Origin: Eledone cirrhosa
Taxonomy: Eukaryota
Length of the DNA: 64,000 nucleotides
Assembly: GCA_964016885.1 (NCBI GenBank)
Contig: OZ024742.1
Span: 285,386,001-285,450,000, forward strand
Direction: 5' to 3'
The notes under the pieces are model-generated. The model had not been told where the DNA came from. It worked only from the letters and a program-made list of their open reading frames with translations, and did no database searches. This document shows positions 1 to 15,095 of this stretch, piece after piece (the stretch's first letter is position 1; the number at the start of each line of letters is the position of its first letter). A program made the position numbers and the translations under genes.

Positions 1-150
1 TCACTCTCTCTCTCTTTTTATCTCTCACTCTCTCTCTCACTCACTCTCTCTCTTTTTATCTCTCACTCACTCTCTCCACACATTTAACCGTCTGATTCCT
101 ACTTGCCCTCCCTCTATCTCTGCCTGTTGTTCTCTCTCTCTCTCTCCCTC
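1..150. repeat. (TC)n/(TCAC)n-rich microsatellite
   Basis: Pyrimidine-rich TC/TCAC runs read directly. Confidence 0.9.
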
Positions 151-211
151 TTTCCGGCTTACTGACATCATTCAATCACTTTCAATCGTGCTATCTTCTT
201 TCTATCTCTCC

Positions 212-826
212 AGACACACGCACACACACAGACACACACACGCACACACATACACACACACATACACACACACATACACACACACCTACACAGAGACACA
301 CACACATAGACACAGACACACACACATACACACACACAGAGAGACACACACACAGACACAGACACAGAGACACACACACACACACACACACAGACACACA
401 CACAGAGACACACACACATACACACACACACAGACACACACACACATAAACACAGACATACAAACACACACGCAGACACACATACAAACACACACGCACA
501 CACACACACAGACACACACACACAGACACACAGACACACACACAGACACACACACATACACACACACAGACACACACACATACACAGAGACACACACACA
601 CAGACACACACACATACAGACACACATATACACACAGACACACACACATACACACACACATACACACACACACACACACACAGACACACACACATACATA
701 CACACACACCCAGACACATACACACACACACACACAGACACACACACACACACACACACGCACAGACACACACACACACAGACACACACACACATAGGGA
801 TACAGACGCCCCCACACACACACACA
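212..826. repeat. Compound (CA)n/(CAGA)/(CATA) microsatellite
   Basis: Direct reading; explains the HT/VC ORFs in the track. Confidence 0.95.
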
Positions 827-1051
827 TTTCCGTCTGGTGGCTTCTCCTCCTCCCCCATCCCCCTCCTCCCACTCCTCCCCTTCCTCTCAGTTTCCACCAC
901 CATATTATGGCAGTGTGACCTTCAGTGAAGTCATTAGCTATTTACTATCGACCACCACACCGCTCACACCACACCCACCCACTCCTACATTACAATATAA
1001 ACACTCTCTCTTCCACCCTGTCCCCTCTCTCTCCTTTCCTCCTCCCCACTC

Positions 1052-1057
1052 TGTATG

Positions 1058-1118
<61 letters not shown>

Positions 1119-1187
1119 TATTTGTTTGTGTATGGGTATGTATGTATATACTGTGTATGCCATATATATATATATATGGCATATACC

Positions 1188-1243
<56 letters not shown>

Positions 1244-1277
1244 ATATACATATGGTATATTATTTATATATATATAA

Positions 1278-1371
<94 letters not shown>

Positions 1372-1423
1372 ATATATATATACATATATACATATACATA
1401 TATACATATACACACACACACAT

Positions 1424-1485
<62 letters not shown>

Positions 1486-1486
1486 G
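1052..1486. repeat. (TA)n compound microsatellite
   Basis: Direct reading. Confidence 0.95.
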
Positions 1487-1808
1487 GTGTATTATATGCT
1501 CTATATAAATGTTATATATTACATACACATATTTGTCTGTTTAAAGCAAAGTTTGCTTCCTACGGACAAAAGCACGCGCATAACTACCTCGACTAATGAC
1601 CACCACACCCCTACCATTGACTCACCACCATCGGCTGGCTTTGTTATCGCCACCGCCACAACCACTATCATCGGCACCACTATCATTACCGCTCCCACCA
1701 CGTCTACAACCACCATCGGCACCTCTACCACAAAAACCACCAGCACCACCGTATTCACCGCCACAACCATTACTAAAGCCAGCACCACAGTTACTATTGC
1801 CACGACGA

Positions 1809-3590
1809 CCACCACCACCACCACCAACACACCATTACCGGCACAGACATACATCGCCACCACCACCACCACCACCAACACACCATTACCGGCACAGACA
1901 TACATCGCCACCACCACCACCACCACCAACACACCATTACCGGCACAGACATACATCGCCACCACCACCACCACCACCAACACACCATCACCGGCACAGA
2001 CATCGCCACCACCACCACCACCACCACCACCACCACCACCACCACCACACCATTACTGGCACAGACATCGCCACCACCACCACCACCACCACCACCACAC
2101 CATTACTGGCACAGACATCGCCACCACCACCACCACCACCACCACCACACCATTACTGGCACAGACATCGCCACCACCACCACCACCACACCATTACTGG
2201 CACAGACATCGCCACCACCACCACCACCACCACCACACCATTACTGGCACAGACATCGCCACCACCACCACCACCACACCATTACTGGCACAGACATCGC
2301 CACCACCACCACCACCACCACCACACCATTACCGGCACAGACATCGCCACCACCACCACCACCACCACACCATTACTGGCACAGACATCGCCACCACCAC
2401 CACCACCACACCATTACTGGCACAGACATCGCCACCACCACCACCACCACCACCACACCATTACTGGCACAGACATCGCCACCACCACCACCACCACCAC
2501 CACACCATTACTGGCACAGACATCGCCACCACCACCACCACCACCACCACCACCACCACCACCACCACCACCACACCATTACTGGCACAGACATCGCCAC
2601 CACCACCACCACCACCACCACACCATTACTGGCACAGACATCGCCACCACCACCACCACCACCACCACACCATTACTGGCACAGACATCGCCACCACCAC
2701 CACCACCACACCATTACTGGCACAGACATCGCCACCACCACCACCACCACCACCACCACCACCACCACACCATTACTGGCACAGACATCGCCACCACCAC
2801 CACAACCACCACCACCATTACTGGCACAGACATCACCACCACCACCACCACCACCACACCATTACTGGCACAGACATCGCCACCACCACCACCACCATCA
2901 TCACAACCGCCACCACCATTACTGGCACAGACATCACCACCACCACCACCACCATCACACCATTACTGGCACAGACATCGCCACCACCACCACCACCATT
3001 ACTGGCACAGACATCACCACCACCACCACCACCACCACCACCACCACACCATTACTGGCACAGACATCACCACCACCACCACCACCACCACCACCACCAC
3101 CACCACCACCACCACCACACCATTACTGGCACAGACATCACAACCACCACCACCACCACCACCACCACATCATTACTGGCACAGACATCACAACCACCAC
3201 CACCACCACCACCACCACCACCACCACCACCACCACCACCACCACCACACCATTACTGGCACAGACATCGCCACCACCACCACCACCATCATCACAACCG
3301 CCACCACCATTACTGGCACAGACATCACCACCACCACCACCACCACCACACCATTACTGGCACAGACATCGCCACCACCACCACCACCATCATCACAATC
3401 ACCACCACCATTACTGGCACAGACATCACCACCACCACCACCACCACCACCACCACCACACCATTACTGGCACAGACATCACAACCACCACCACCACCAC
3501 CACCACATCATTACTGGCACAGACATCACAACCACCACCACCACCACCACCACCACCACATCATTACTGGCACAACCACCACCACCACTA
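1809..3590 (+). repeat. Minisatellite: ACACCATTACTGGCACAGACATCG core separated by variable (CCA)n
   Basis: Core recurs dozens of times; first units have a 51-bp period (AACAC at 1826 and 1877). Confidence 0.95.
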
Positions 3591-3667
3591 CATCACTACT
3601 GACACTGACATACTGCTATCGTATATATCTTTCACCACTTTCTTGTCACTGTCTTAACTGTGACATA

Positions 3668-6600
3668 ACCACACCATCACCACCACCATCACCACCACAT
3701 CACCACCACTACCATCACCACCACCATCACCACCACCATCACCACCACTACCATCACCACCATCACCACCACCATCACCACCACCACCATCACCACTACC
3801 ATCACCACCATCACCACCACCATCACCACCACCATCACCATCACCACCATCACCACCACCAGCATCACCAGTACCATCACCACCACCATCACCACCATCA
3901 CCACTACCATCACCATCACCACCATCACCACCCACCACCACCACTACCATCACCACCATCACCAGCATCATCACCACCACCATCATCACCACCATCATTA
4001 CCACCACCGTCACCACCACCATCACCACCACCACCATCACCACCACCATCAGCACCATCATCACCGCAATCATCACCACCACCATCACCACCACCATCAC
4101 CACCACCAGCACCACCACCATTACCATCACCACCACCACAACCATTACCACCACCATCATCACCACCACCATCACCACCACCATCACCACCAACATTATC
4201 ACAACCACCAACTCTACCACCTTCATCACCACCATCACCACCACCACCATCACCACCACCACCGCCACCATCACAATTACCACCACATTTACCGCCACCA
4301 TCACAATTACCACCACCACCAACACAACCATCACAATTACCACCACCACCACTGCCACCATCACAATTACCACCACCACCAACACCACCATCACAATTAC
4401 CACCACCAGCACCACCACCACCATCACAATTACCACCACCACCACTGCCACCATCACAATTACCACCACCATCACCGCCACCATCACAATTACCACCTCC
4501 ACCATAACAATTACCACCACCACCACCACCACCATCACAATTACCACCACCACCACTGCCACCATCACAATTACCACCAACACCAACACCACCTTCACAA
4601 TTACCACCACCACCACCACCATCACAATTACCACCACCATCACCGCCACCATCACAATTACCACCACCTCCACCACCATCACAATTACCACCACCACCAA
4701 CACCACCATCACAATTACCACCACCACCACCACCATCACAATTACCACCACCACCACCGGCACCATCACAATTACCACCACCATCACCGCCACCATCACA
4801 ATTACCACTACCACCACCTCCACCATCACAATTACCACCACCACCACTGCCACCATCACAATTACCACCACCATCACCGCCACCATCACAATCACCACCA
4901 CCGCCACCACCATCACAATTACCACCACCACCAACACCACCATCACAATTACCACCGCCACCACCACCATCACAATTACCACCACCACCACCGGCACCAT
5001 CACAATTACCACCACCACCACCAACACCACCATCACAATTACCACCACCATCACCGCCACTATCACAATTACCACCACCATCACCGCCACCATCACAATT
5101 ACCACCACCAACGCCGCCACCATCACAATTACCAACACCATCACCGCCACCATCACAATTACCACCACCACCACCACCACCATCACAATTACCACCACCA
5201 CCGCCACCATCACAATTACCACCACCACCACCACCATCACAATTACCACCACCAACACCACCATCACCGCCACCATCACAATTACCACCACCATCACCGC
5301 CACCATCACAATTACCAACACCATCACCGCCACCATCACAATTACCACCACCACCGCCACCATCACAATTACCACCACCACCAACACCACCATCACAATT
5401 ACCACCACCATCACCGCCACCATCACAATTACCACTACCACCACCACCACCATCACCGCCACCATAACAATTACCACCACCACCACCACCATCACAATTA
5501 CCACCACCATCACCGCCACCATCACAATTACCACTACCACCACCACCACCATCACAATTACAACCACCATCACCGCCACCATCACAATTACCACTACCAC
5601 CACCGCCACCATCACAATTACCACCACCACCACCACCATCACAATTACCACCACCACCACTGCCACCATCACAATTACCACTACCACCACCACCAACATC
5701 ACAATTACCACCACCATCACCGCCACCATCACAATTACCACCACCACCACTGCCACCATCACAGTTACCACTACCACCACCACCACCACCACCACAATTA
5801 CCACCACCAACACCACCATCACAATTACCACTACCACCACCACCACCACCAACACCACCATCACAATTACCCCCACCAGCACCATCACAATTACCACCAC
5901 CACCACCGCCACCATCACAATTACCACCACCATCACCGCCACCATCACAATTACCACCACCACCACCACCATCACAATTACCACCACCACCAATGCCACC
6001 ATCACAATTACCACCACCACCGGCACCATCACAATTACCACCACCACCACTTCCACCATCACAATTACCACCACCACCACCACCATCACAATTACCACCA
6101 CCATCACCGCCACCATCACAATTACCACCACCACCACCGGCACCATCACAATTACCACCACCACCACTGCCACCATCACAATTACCACCACTACCACCAC
6201 CACCAACACCACCATCACAATTACCACCACCACCACCACCACCATCACAATTACCACCACCACCACTGCCACCATCACAATTACCACCACCACCAACACC
6301 ACCATCACAATTACCACCACCATCACCGCCACCATCACAATTACCACTACCACCACCTCCACCATCACAATTACCACCACCACCACCACCATCACAATTA
6401 CCACCACCACCATCACAATTACCACCGCCACCACCACCATCACAATTACCACCACCACCACCACCATCACAATTACCACCACCACCAACACCACCATCAC
6501 AATTACCACCACCATCACCGCCACCATCACAATTACCACTACCACCACCGCCACCATCACAATTACCACCACCACCACCACCATCACAATTACCACCATC

Positions 6601-9600
6601 ATCACCGCCACCATCACAAATACCACCACCACCACCACCATCACAATTACCACCACCACCACCACCATCACAATTACCACCATCATCACCGCCACCATCA
6701 CAAATACCACCGCCACCACCACCATCACAATTACCACTACCACCACCACCACCATCACAATTACAACCACCATCACCGCCACCATCACAATTACCACTAC
6801 CACCACCGCCACCATCACAATTACCACCACCACCACCACCATCACAATTACCACCACCACCACTGCCACCATCACAATTACCACTACCACCACCACCATC
6901 ACAATTACCACCACCATCACCGCCACCATCACAATTACCACCACCACCAATGCCACCATCACAATTACCACTACCACCACCACCACCACCACAATTACCA
7001 CCACCAACACCACCATCACAATTACCACTACCACCACCACCACCACCAACACCACCATCACAATTACCACCACCACCACCACCATCACAATTACCACCAC
7101 CACCAACACCACCATCACAATTACCACCACCATCACCGCCACCATCACAATTACCACCACCACCGGCACCATCACAATTACCACCACCACCACCGCCACC
7201 ATCACAATTACCACCACCACCACCGGCACCATCACAATTACCATCACCACCACTGCCACCATCACAATTACCACCACCACCAACACCACCATCACAATTA
7301 CCACCACCACCACCCCCATCACAATTACCACCACCACCACTGCCACCATCACAATTACCACCACCAACACCACCATCACAATTACCACCACCACCAACAC
7401 CACCATCACAATTACCACCACCATCACCGCCACCATCACAATTACCACTACCACCACCGCCACCATCACAATTACCACCACCACCACCATCACAATTACC
7501 ACCATCATCACCGCCACCATCACAAATACCACCGCCACCACCACCATCACAATTACCACTACCACCACCACCACCATCACAATTACCACTACCACCACCA
7601 CCACCATCACAATTACCACCACCATCACCGCCACCATCAAAATTACCACCACCACCACTGCCACCATCACAATTACCACTACCACCACCACCACCACCAC
7701 CACAATTACCACCACCACCACCACCATCACAATTACCACTATAACCACCACCACCACCAACACCACCATCACAATTACCACCACCACCACCACCATCACA
7801 ATTACCACCACCACCACCACCATCACAATTACCACCACCACCACTTCCACCATCACAATTACCACCACCACCGGCACCATCACAATTACCACCACCACCA
7901 CTGCCACCATCACAATTACCACCACCATCACCGCCACCATCACAATTACCACCACCACCACCGGCACCATCACAATTACCATCACCACCACTGCCACCAT
8001 CACAATTACCACCACCATCACCGCCACCATCACAATTACCACCACCACCACCGGCACCATCACAATTACCATCACCACCACTGCCACCATCACAATTACC
8101 ACCACCACCACCACCACCAACACCACCATCACAATTACCACCACCACCACCACCCCCATCACAATTACCACCACCACCACTGCCACCATCACAATTACCA
8201 CCACCACCACCACCACCATCACAATTACCACCACCATCACCGCCACCATCACAATTACCACTACCACCACCGCCACCATCACAATTACCACCACCACCAC
8301 CACCATCACAATTACCACCACCACCACCACCATCACAATTACCACCACCACCACTGCCACCATCACAATTACCACCACCACCAACACCACCATCACAATT
8401 ACCACCACCATCACCGCCACCATCACAATTACCACCACCACCACCACCACCATCACAATTACCACCACCACCAACACCACCATCACAATTACCACCACCA
8501 TCACCGCCACCATCACAATTACCACTACCACCACCGCCACCATCACAATTACCACCACCACCACCACCATCACAATTACCACCATCATCACCGCCATCAT
8601 CACCGCCACCATCACAAATACCACCGCCACCACCACCATTACAATTACCACCACCACCACCACCACCACCATCACAATTACCACCACCATCACCGCCACC
8701 ATCACAATTACCACCACCACCACCGCCACCATCACAATTACCACCACCACCACCGCCACCATCACAATTACCACCACCACCACCGCCACCATCACAATTA
8801 CCACCACCATCACCGCCACCATCACAATTACTACCACCATCACCGCCACCATCACAATTACCACCACCACCACCGCCACCATCACAATTACCACCACCAT
8901 CACAATTACTACCACCATCACCGCCACCATCACAATTACCACCACCACCACCACCATCACAATTACCACCACCATCACCGCCACGATCACAATTACCACC
9001 ACCATCACCACCACCATCACAATTACCACCACCACCACCACCACCATCACAATTACCACCACCACCACCACCGCCACCATCACAATTACCACCACCACCA
9101 CCGCCACCATCACAATTACCACCACCACCACCACCACCATCACAATTACCACCACCACCACCGCCACCATCACAATTACCACCACCATCACCGCCACCAT
9201 CACAATTACCACCACCATCACCGCCACCATCACAATTACCACCACCACCACCACCATCACAATTACCACCACCACCACCATCACAATTACCACCACCACC
9301 AACACCACCATCACAATTACCACCACCATCACCGCCACCATCACAATTACCGCTACCACCACCACCACCATCACAATTACCACCACCATCACCGCCACCA
9401 TCACAATTACCACCACCACCGCCACCATCACAATTACCACCACCATCACCGCCACCATCACAATTACCACCACCACCACCACCACCATCACAATTACCAC
9501 CACCACCACCGCCACCATCACAATTACCACCACCATCACCGCCACCATCACAATTACCACCACCACCACCACCATCACAATTACCACCACCACCACCACC

Positions 9601-10270
9601 ATCACAATTACCACCACCACCAACACCACCATCACAATTACCACCACCATCACCGCCACCATCACAATTACCACTACCACCACCACCACCATCACAATTA
9701 CCACCACCACCACCGCCACCATCACAATTACCACCACCACCACCGCCACCATCACAATTACCACCACCACCACCGCCACCATCACAATTACCACCACCAC
9801 CATCGCCACCATCACAATTACCACCACCATCACAATTACCACTACCACCACCACCACCATCACAATTACTACCACCATCACCGCCACCATCACAATTACC
9901 ACCACCACCGCCACCATCACAATTACCACCACCACCACCGCCACCATCACAATTACCACCACCATCACCGCCACCATCACAATTACCACCACCACCACTG
10001 CCACCATTACAATTACCACCACTACCACTGCCACCATCACAATTACCACCACCATCACCGCCACCATCACAATTACCACCACCATCACCGCCACCATCAC
10101 AATTACCACCACCACCACCGCCACCATCACCGCCACCATCACAATTACCACTACCATCACCACCGCCACCATCACAATTACCACCACCATCACCGCCACC
10201 ATCACAATTACCACCACCACCACCACCACCGCCACCATCACCGCCACCATCACAATTACCACCACCATCA
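3668..10270 (+). repeat. (CAC/CAT)n tract grading into a ~30-bp minisatellite (CCATCACAATTA+(CCA)n)
   Basis: CCATCACAATTACC core repeated from ~4265 to ~10265 with triplet-length variation. Confidence 0.97.
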
Positions 10271-10324
10271 ATATAAATAGCATCACAACCATAGCCATCA
10301 TCACTGTCATCACAACTGCTACTG

Positions 10325-10384
10325 TACACACACACACTCTCTCTGTCTCACACACACACACTCACTCTCTCTCTCACACACGCA

Positions 10385-10422
<38 letters not shown>

Positions 10423-10440
10423 CTCTCTCACACACGCACA

Positions 10441-10472
<32 letters not shown>

Positions 10473-10495
10473 CTCTCTCTCACACACACACACGA
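10325..10495. repeat. (CA)n/(CT)n compound microsatellite
   Basis: Direct reading. Confidence 0.9.
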
Positions 10496-10606
10496 GACAG
10501 ACAAACATATCGCCATCTCTCACCTCTATCATTCTTATCACTGTCAACTATCATCACTGTTGACAGCAGACAGTAATGCATTCAACACCTTCCCCACCAA
10601 CCGTCA

Positions 10607-10818
<212 letters not shown>

Positions 10819-10914
10819 GTCATCACTGATAGAAATTATTCCAATCACCATCACACCACCAGCAGCTTCTTCAGCAGATACCATTGTTACTAATTGGAAG
10901 TCTTTCATTGCATT

Positions 10915-11102
10915 TGAATTGGCAGTGTCGGTAGAGGGTCGGACGCCATGCTTTGGCGCATAGAGTTACGGCCCTTACCATTCTGAGTTCAAATCCCGCC
11001 GAGGTTAACTTTGCCTTTCACCCTTATGGGGTCGATAAAATAAAGTACCAGTAATGCACTGGGTATTTGCTTGGCTTGTGCCAAAAAGTAGAAACAATTA
11101 TT
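10915..11102 (+). mobile_element. tRNA-derived SINE, dominant family of the window
   Basis: A-box-like TGGCAGTGTCGGTAGAG, B-box GAGTTCAAATCC, central GCCTTTCAYCCTT..GGGGTCGATAAAATAAAGTACCAG domain (resembles the MetaSINE-type core), 3' TTGTGCCAAAAAGTAGAAACAATTATT; many copies in the window. Confidence 0.85.
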
Positions 11103-11152
11103 TGTTCAGACTTTTTTAGTTCTGAGTTTAAATTCCGCCGAGGTCAACTTTG

Positions 11153-11747
11153 TTAATTGGGGGCTGAGCTGGACAGCGACTGCTTGTGCATCGGTGTTTC
11201 TCTGAGGTCCGGTCTCCCGACCCAACAGAAGTGCCTAGCTTGAGACAGTACCATTACTCTCAACTGGCACTCCCAACCCCGCGACTCGACCTCCGGATCT
11301 CTAAGCCTCACAAATGTCACTGCGGTTCTACTGTGGATTCTTTCGGTCAACTCCCACGTCATGCTGCTCTCAACGAGATCATAAAGTATGGTCTGAACGC
11401 CGCAGTCTTCCCTTCTCAGCTCGAGCCAGCAGAGCTTGACCGAGGGGATGGCAAAAGGCCAGGCCATATGATAATCTTCATTTTCTGCGAGGGTAGCCCC
11501 TTCATCTGAGATGCTACATGTTGTGACACCTCTAGCGACAACATGGTGCGTTCAGCTAGCAGCCCAGGTGTCGCTGCTCACCAGGCCGAAGAGGGCAAAC
11601 TGTCAAAGTATCGGCTGCTCTTTGTTCACTGCTATCGGACCGGAGTTCGCTGCCCGCAGGTGCGAGCCCCACAAGATGAAGTGGCTGTTCCAGTGCGTCT
11701 CCGGGGCAATGCCTTCACCATCCTATCGACCGATACTACGATGCTGA
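11153..11747 (+). mobile_element. Degenerate 3' part of a CRE-like non-LTR retrotransposon (zinc knuckle + restriction-like endonuclease)
   Basis: Translated motifs IGVSLR, PHKCHCGSTVD, RHAALNEIIK, LEPAELDRGDGKRP, *DATCCDT, WLFQ, RGNAFTIL across frameshifts match the CRE-clade RLE C-terminus pattern. Confidence 0.7.
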
Positions 11748-12946
11748 CTGACCGTTACTTATACTTAATTTTTTTTGGGGGGGGGGGGGGGTCGTATAGA
11801 ATAGCGCCGGCAAATGTTAAACCGCTTTGGTAAAGTGAAAGTATCGCGTAATTTTCTTAAATTATGACCGTGGAATAAATATACCACATTAATATGGAAC
11901 ATGTTTTATGCATTGCACTATTTATTTTTTTAAAAAGATCTATATTGTTTGTTGTATGATATAGGTATCATACATATAGGGTTAACGTAAACATATTTAC
12001 GTAAACATACAAGTTTAATAACCGGACAAACTTAAGTTGTGGACATTAATTTTACATAATTATTCAATGTTACAAATAGAACACTAAATAATTATATCAC
12101 CTATACAACGTGCGTTATGGATAAATATAAACCCAATTCAATCCAGTCCAGTGTCTTTTCATTCCTGTTGGAGGAATCCCTCTCTGGTTGACTTCCCCCG
12201 CTTTGGTTTTAGTCATATCTTCAGGGGTATAGCCGTACTCACCACCCTTGACCAATTGCGGGTTGGTGAAGTTATTTAACCCACAGTTAGGGTGGATGGC
12301 CGTTGATTCTGAGGAGATAATCCGACCGTGGATGTGCACCTGGAAAGTCCTACACCTCATGAGAGGAACTTTCCGTGAGCACATTCATGGTCTGCCGAGA
12401 TGTTGGAACCTTCCACTACATAATCCCAACATCTCTGGAGGGAATCCTTATACGTTTTTAAATACAATGAAACCGAGAAGTTCAATCCTGAACCCAAGTT
12501 ACTGAAAAAACAAGCAATTCTCTCTTAAGCTCTATAGGTGTGCCTGGACAAATAAGTTTTACGACACGCACACAAATTGTGCGCACAAAAATAAATATGC
12601 GCACAAAGAAATAATGTGCGCACAACAAATAAATGTTTGCGCAAAAAAAAAAAAAAAATGTTTCGCTGCCTAATATACCGTAGTAATTAATTATAATTAT
12701 ACTTATCATACATTCAGTGCGTAAACAATTTTGTCGTTGGTAAAGAATAAAATGCACATTTGTTTTCGTATATTGTTTATAAGAAATTAGGGACATAGCA
12801 CAGTGAGTAGTAAATAAATTATATAATCAAATTAGTGCTGACATAATTAATGTGATGAGCATTAAAGAACTAATTAGAAATAATTATGTGGTGAAGAAAT
12901 ATGATATTGGTCAACAACTAATATTACCTATTACAATATTATTCGT

Positions 12947-13397
12947 TCTCTCAAGGAAATCTACGCAATGCACTGCTCATGTGAGTGGAGTTTCCCTGAA
13001 GCAGGTAGAGAAGTTCAAGTATCCCACGGCCGGTAACGCAAGTGATAGAAAATAGAAGGCTGAATTAAGTGCAAGAATTGTAGGAGCTGGTGCAGTAATT
13101 CACCAAGAATTGTAGGAGCTGGTGCAACATTCGGTAATCAGAGGGGAGGTACGTGGAAAAGCCAAACTCGCTATCTTCAATTGGATATTCGTGCCAACCC
13201 TTACCTATGGTCATGAATCTTGGGTAATGACAGAAAGAATACCATCGTGAATACTAGCAGCCGAAATGGGGTTCCTCTGAAGGGTCTCTAGAGTAACGTT
13301 ACTCGATAGAGTTCATAGCTCGGAGATCAGAGAGTTGCTCCAGGTAGAGCCGCTACTTCTTTGAATTGAGAGGTCACTGGTCCGATATTACGGACAT
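12947..13397 (+). mobile_element. RTE-clade (Rex3/Expander-like) LINE internal fragment
   Basis: LKQVEKFKY, KAKLAIF, VPTLTYGHESWVMTER, AAEMGFL, VEPLLL motifs with stops. Confidence 0.8.
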
Positions 13398-13537
13398 GAG
13401 GTTTATTTTTCAACATAGTCCCTGGAAAGAAACAAGGCAGTTATTAATAAGAAAAGTTGAATTTAATGAATGCAAGATTTCACAGCTCTAGCATTACTCC
13501 TTCATAGCCAGTCTAAGAACGTTTCAGCCGATCCTCT
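13397..13537 (+). mobile_element. Partial mariner-type MITE (same family as 52472-52669)
   Basis: Aligns by eye to 52528-52669; ends in TTTCAGCCGATCCTC followed by TA. Confidence 0.7.
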
Positions 13538-13538
13538 T

Positions 13539-13569
<31 letters not shown>

Positions 13570-13622
13570 TGGGGAGATAGCTAGATGGACAGACAAATTC
13601 AAAAGGCGATATATTGAATGAT

Positions 13623-13657
<35 letters not shown>

Positions 13658-14144
13658 TGTTTCTTTATTAGCCACAGGGGCACAAAAAGGGGACAATACA
13701 AAGGGGGAAGTTTACATACAATAAAAACGTGTAAAATACTATCACAAATGCAATTTAAAAATTAATCGATTTTCCTCAATAGGGGGAGACATTACATATG
13801 GGTAACACATACACCCGAAAAAATGTGCAACCCTCATCTCCAGGAGTACAAAGAGTGAGTACCCCTTTCCTCTCTTCCTCTTTTTCCTCAATCTACAGGC
13901 TGATATAGAGAGAAGGCCCATTCACTCGGGCCATTCTCGCCACTTTCACCCACCTTTCATAAAACTTGCTGGGGGACAGCACCTCTCTCTCCACCCTGAC
14001 TCTTCTTCTAAAGTGGTATTTGAAAAAAAGAATCAGTTGTTGGCCGGAGAGAAAGGTGTCTGACCTCAGCCCTTTTAACCTCGTCCACCATACAACCTCT
14101 TTCACCATAGCTATCACACAAAGGAAAACCGCCTCTCCTTCGTT
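13658..14144 (-). mobile_element. 5'-truncated 3' fragment of Tx1 family B, followed by (TATC)n
   Basis: Encodes NEGEAVFLCVIAMVKEVVWW...NGPSLYISL; 3' UTR nearly identical to 51390-51625; ends GCTAATAAAGAAACA then TATC repeats. Confidence 0.92.
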
Positions 14145-14452
14145 AGATAGTTGCACAGAGGGAAATAGAGAGATGAAGATAGAAAGATGGTTGGAGAAAA
14201 TGATAGAGAGAGATGTAGAGATTGTGATAGATAGATAGATAGATATACAGACAGAAAAGAATGTAATGCAAACTTGGGAAAATATTAACTTCCAGAAGAA
14301 CATTTTTTTTTTATGTTGTTGATTTGAAAATAGTGGCGAATGTTTGATAATGGTGTTGGAGTGACTAACAGGAATTCCTATCAACAGATCTCCCCCTCCC
14401 CATCATCATCATCATCGCAGCTATTTTAGTTCTTTGATATACACACTCAACG

Positions 14453-14511
<59 letters not shown>

Positions 14512-14632
14512 GTATGTGTATATATATGTATGTGTATAGATATATACATATGTGTGTGTTTGTATGCATATATATGTATGCGTGTATGTATAAGTATGTA
14601 TATATATATGTATATATATATATATATATATA

Positions 14633-14843
14633 TAACGAAGGAATTGTGGTAAGGAACCAGATGGACCATAACGCACCAGAGTACTCAATACTTAGGGTAG
14701 TAGAGTGGGTAATAGGAAAAAGTATGACCCCAACGGCAGAGCTCAAGCCGTTTCGACGGCTATTTCTGGACAGAAATATTTCAGTCCAGAAATAGCCATC
14801 GAAACGGCTTGAGCTCTGCCGTCGGGGTCATACTTTTTCCTAT
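14633..14843. mobile_element. Foldback element copy 1 (60-bp inverted arms), probable Penelope pLTR derivative in (TA)n
   Basis: Arms 14712-14771 and 14784-14843 are reverse complements with 2 mismatches; contain a hammerhead-like GAAACGGC...GCCGTC half. Confidence 0.6.
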
Positions 14844-14854
14844 ATATATATATA

Positions 14855-15062
14855 TAACGAAGGAATTGTGGTAAGGAACCAGATGGACCACAACACATCA
14901 AAGTACTCAATACTTAGGGTAGTAGAGTGGGTAATAGGAACAAGTATGACCCCGACGGCAGAGCTCAAGCCGTTTCGACGGCTATTTCTGGACTCATTTC
15001 AGAAATAGTCCAGAAATAGCCGTCGAAACGGCTTGAGCTCTGCCGTCGGGGTCATACTTGTT

Positions 15063-15067
<5 letters not shown>
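14855..15067. mobile_element. Foldback element copy 2 (tandem to copy 1)
   Basis: Arms 14934-14994 and 15007-15067 are reverse complements; leader matches copy 1. Confidence 0.6.

Positions 15068-15095
<28 letters not shown>

Noticed and set aside
1809-3590. CRISPR-like repeat-spacer appearance
   Set aside because: The spacers are only variable-length (CCA)n; eukaryotic context and no cas genes.
168-4507. Long ORFs (HT, VC, YI, Pro/His/Thr-rich) in the track
   Set aside because: Translations of di- and trinucleotide repeats; reading frames rotate among the three repeat phases and no domains are present.
10915-11000. tRNA gene
   Set aside because: A and B boxes are present but no cloverleaf is evident; it is a repeated SINE head.
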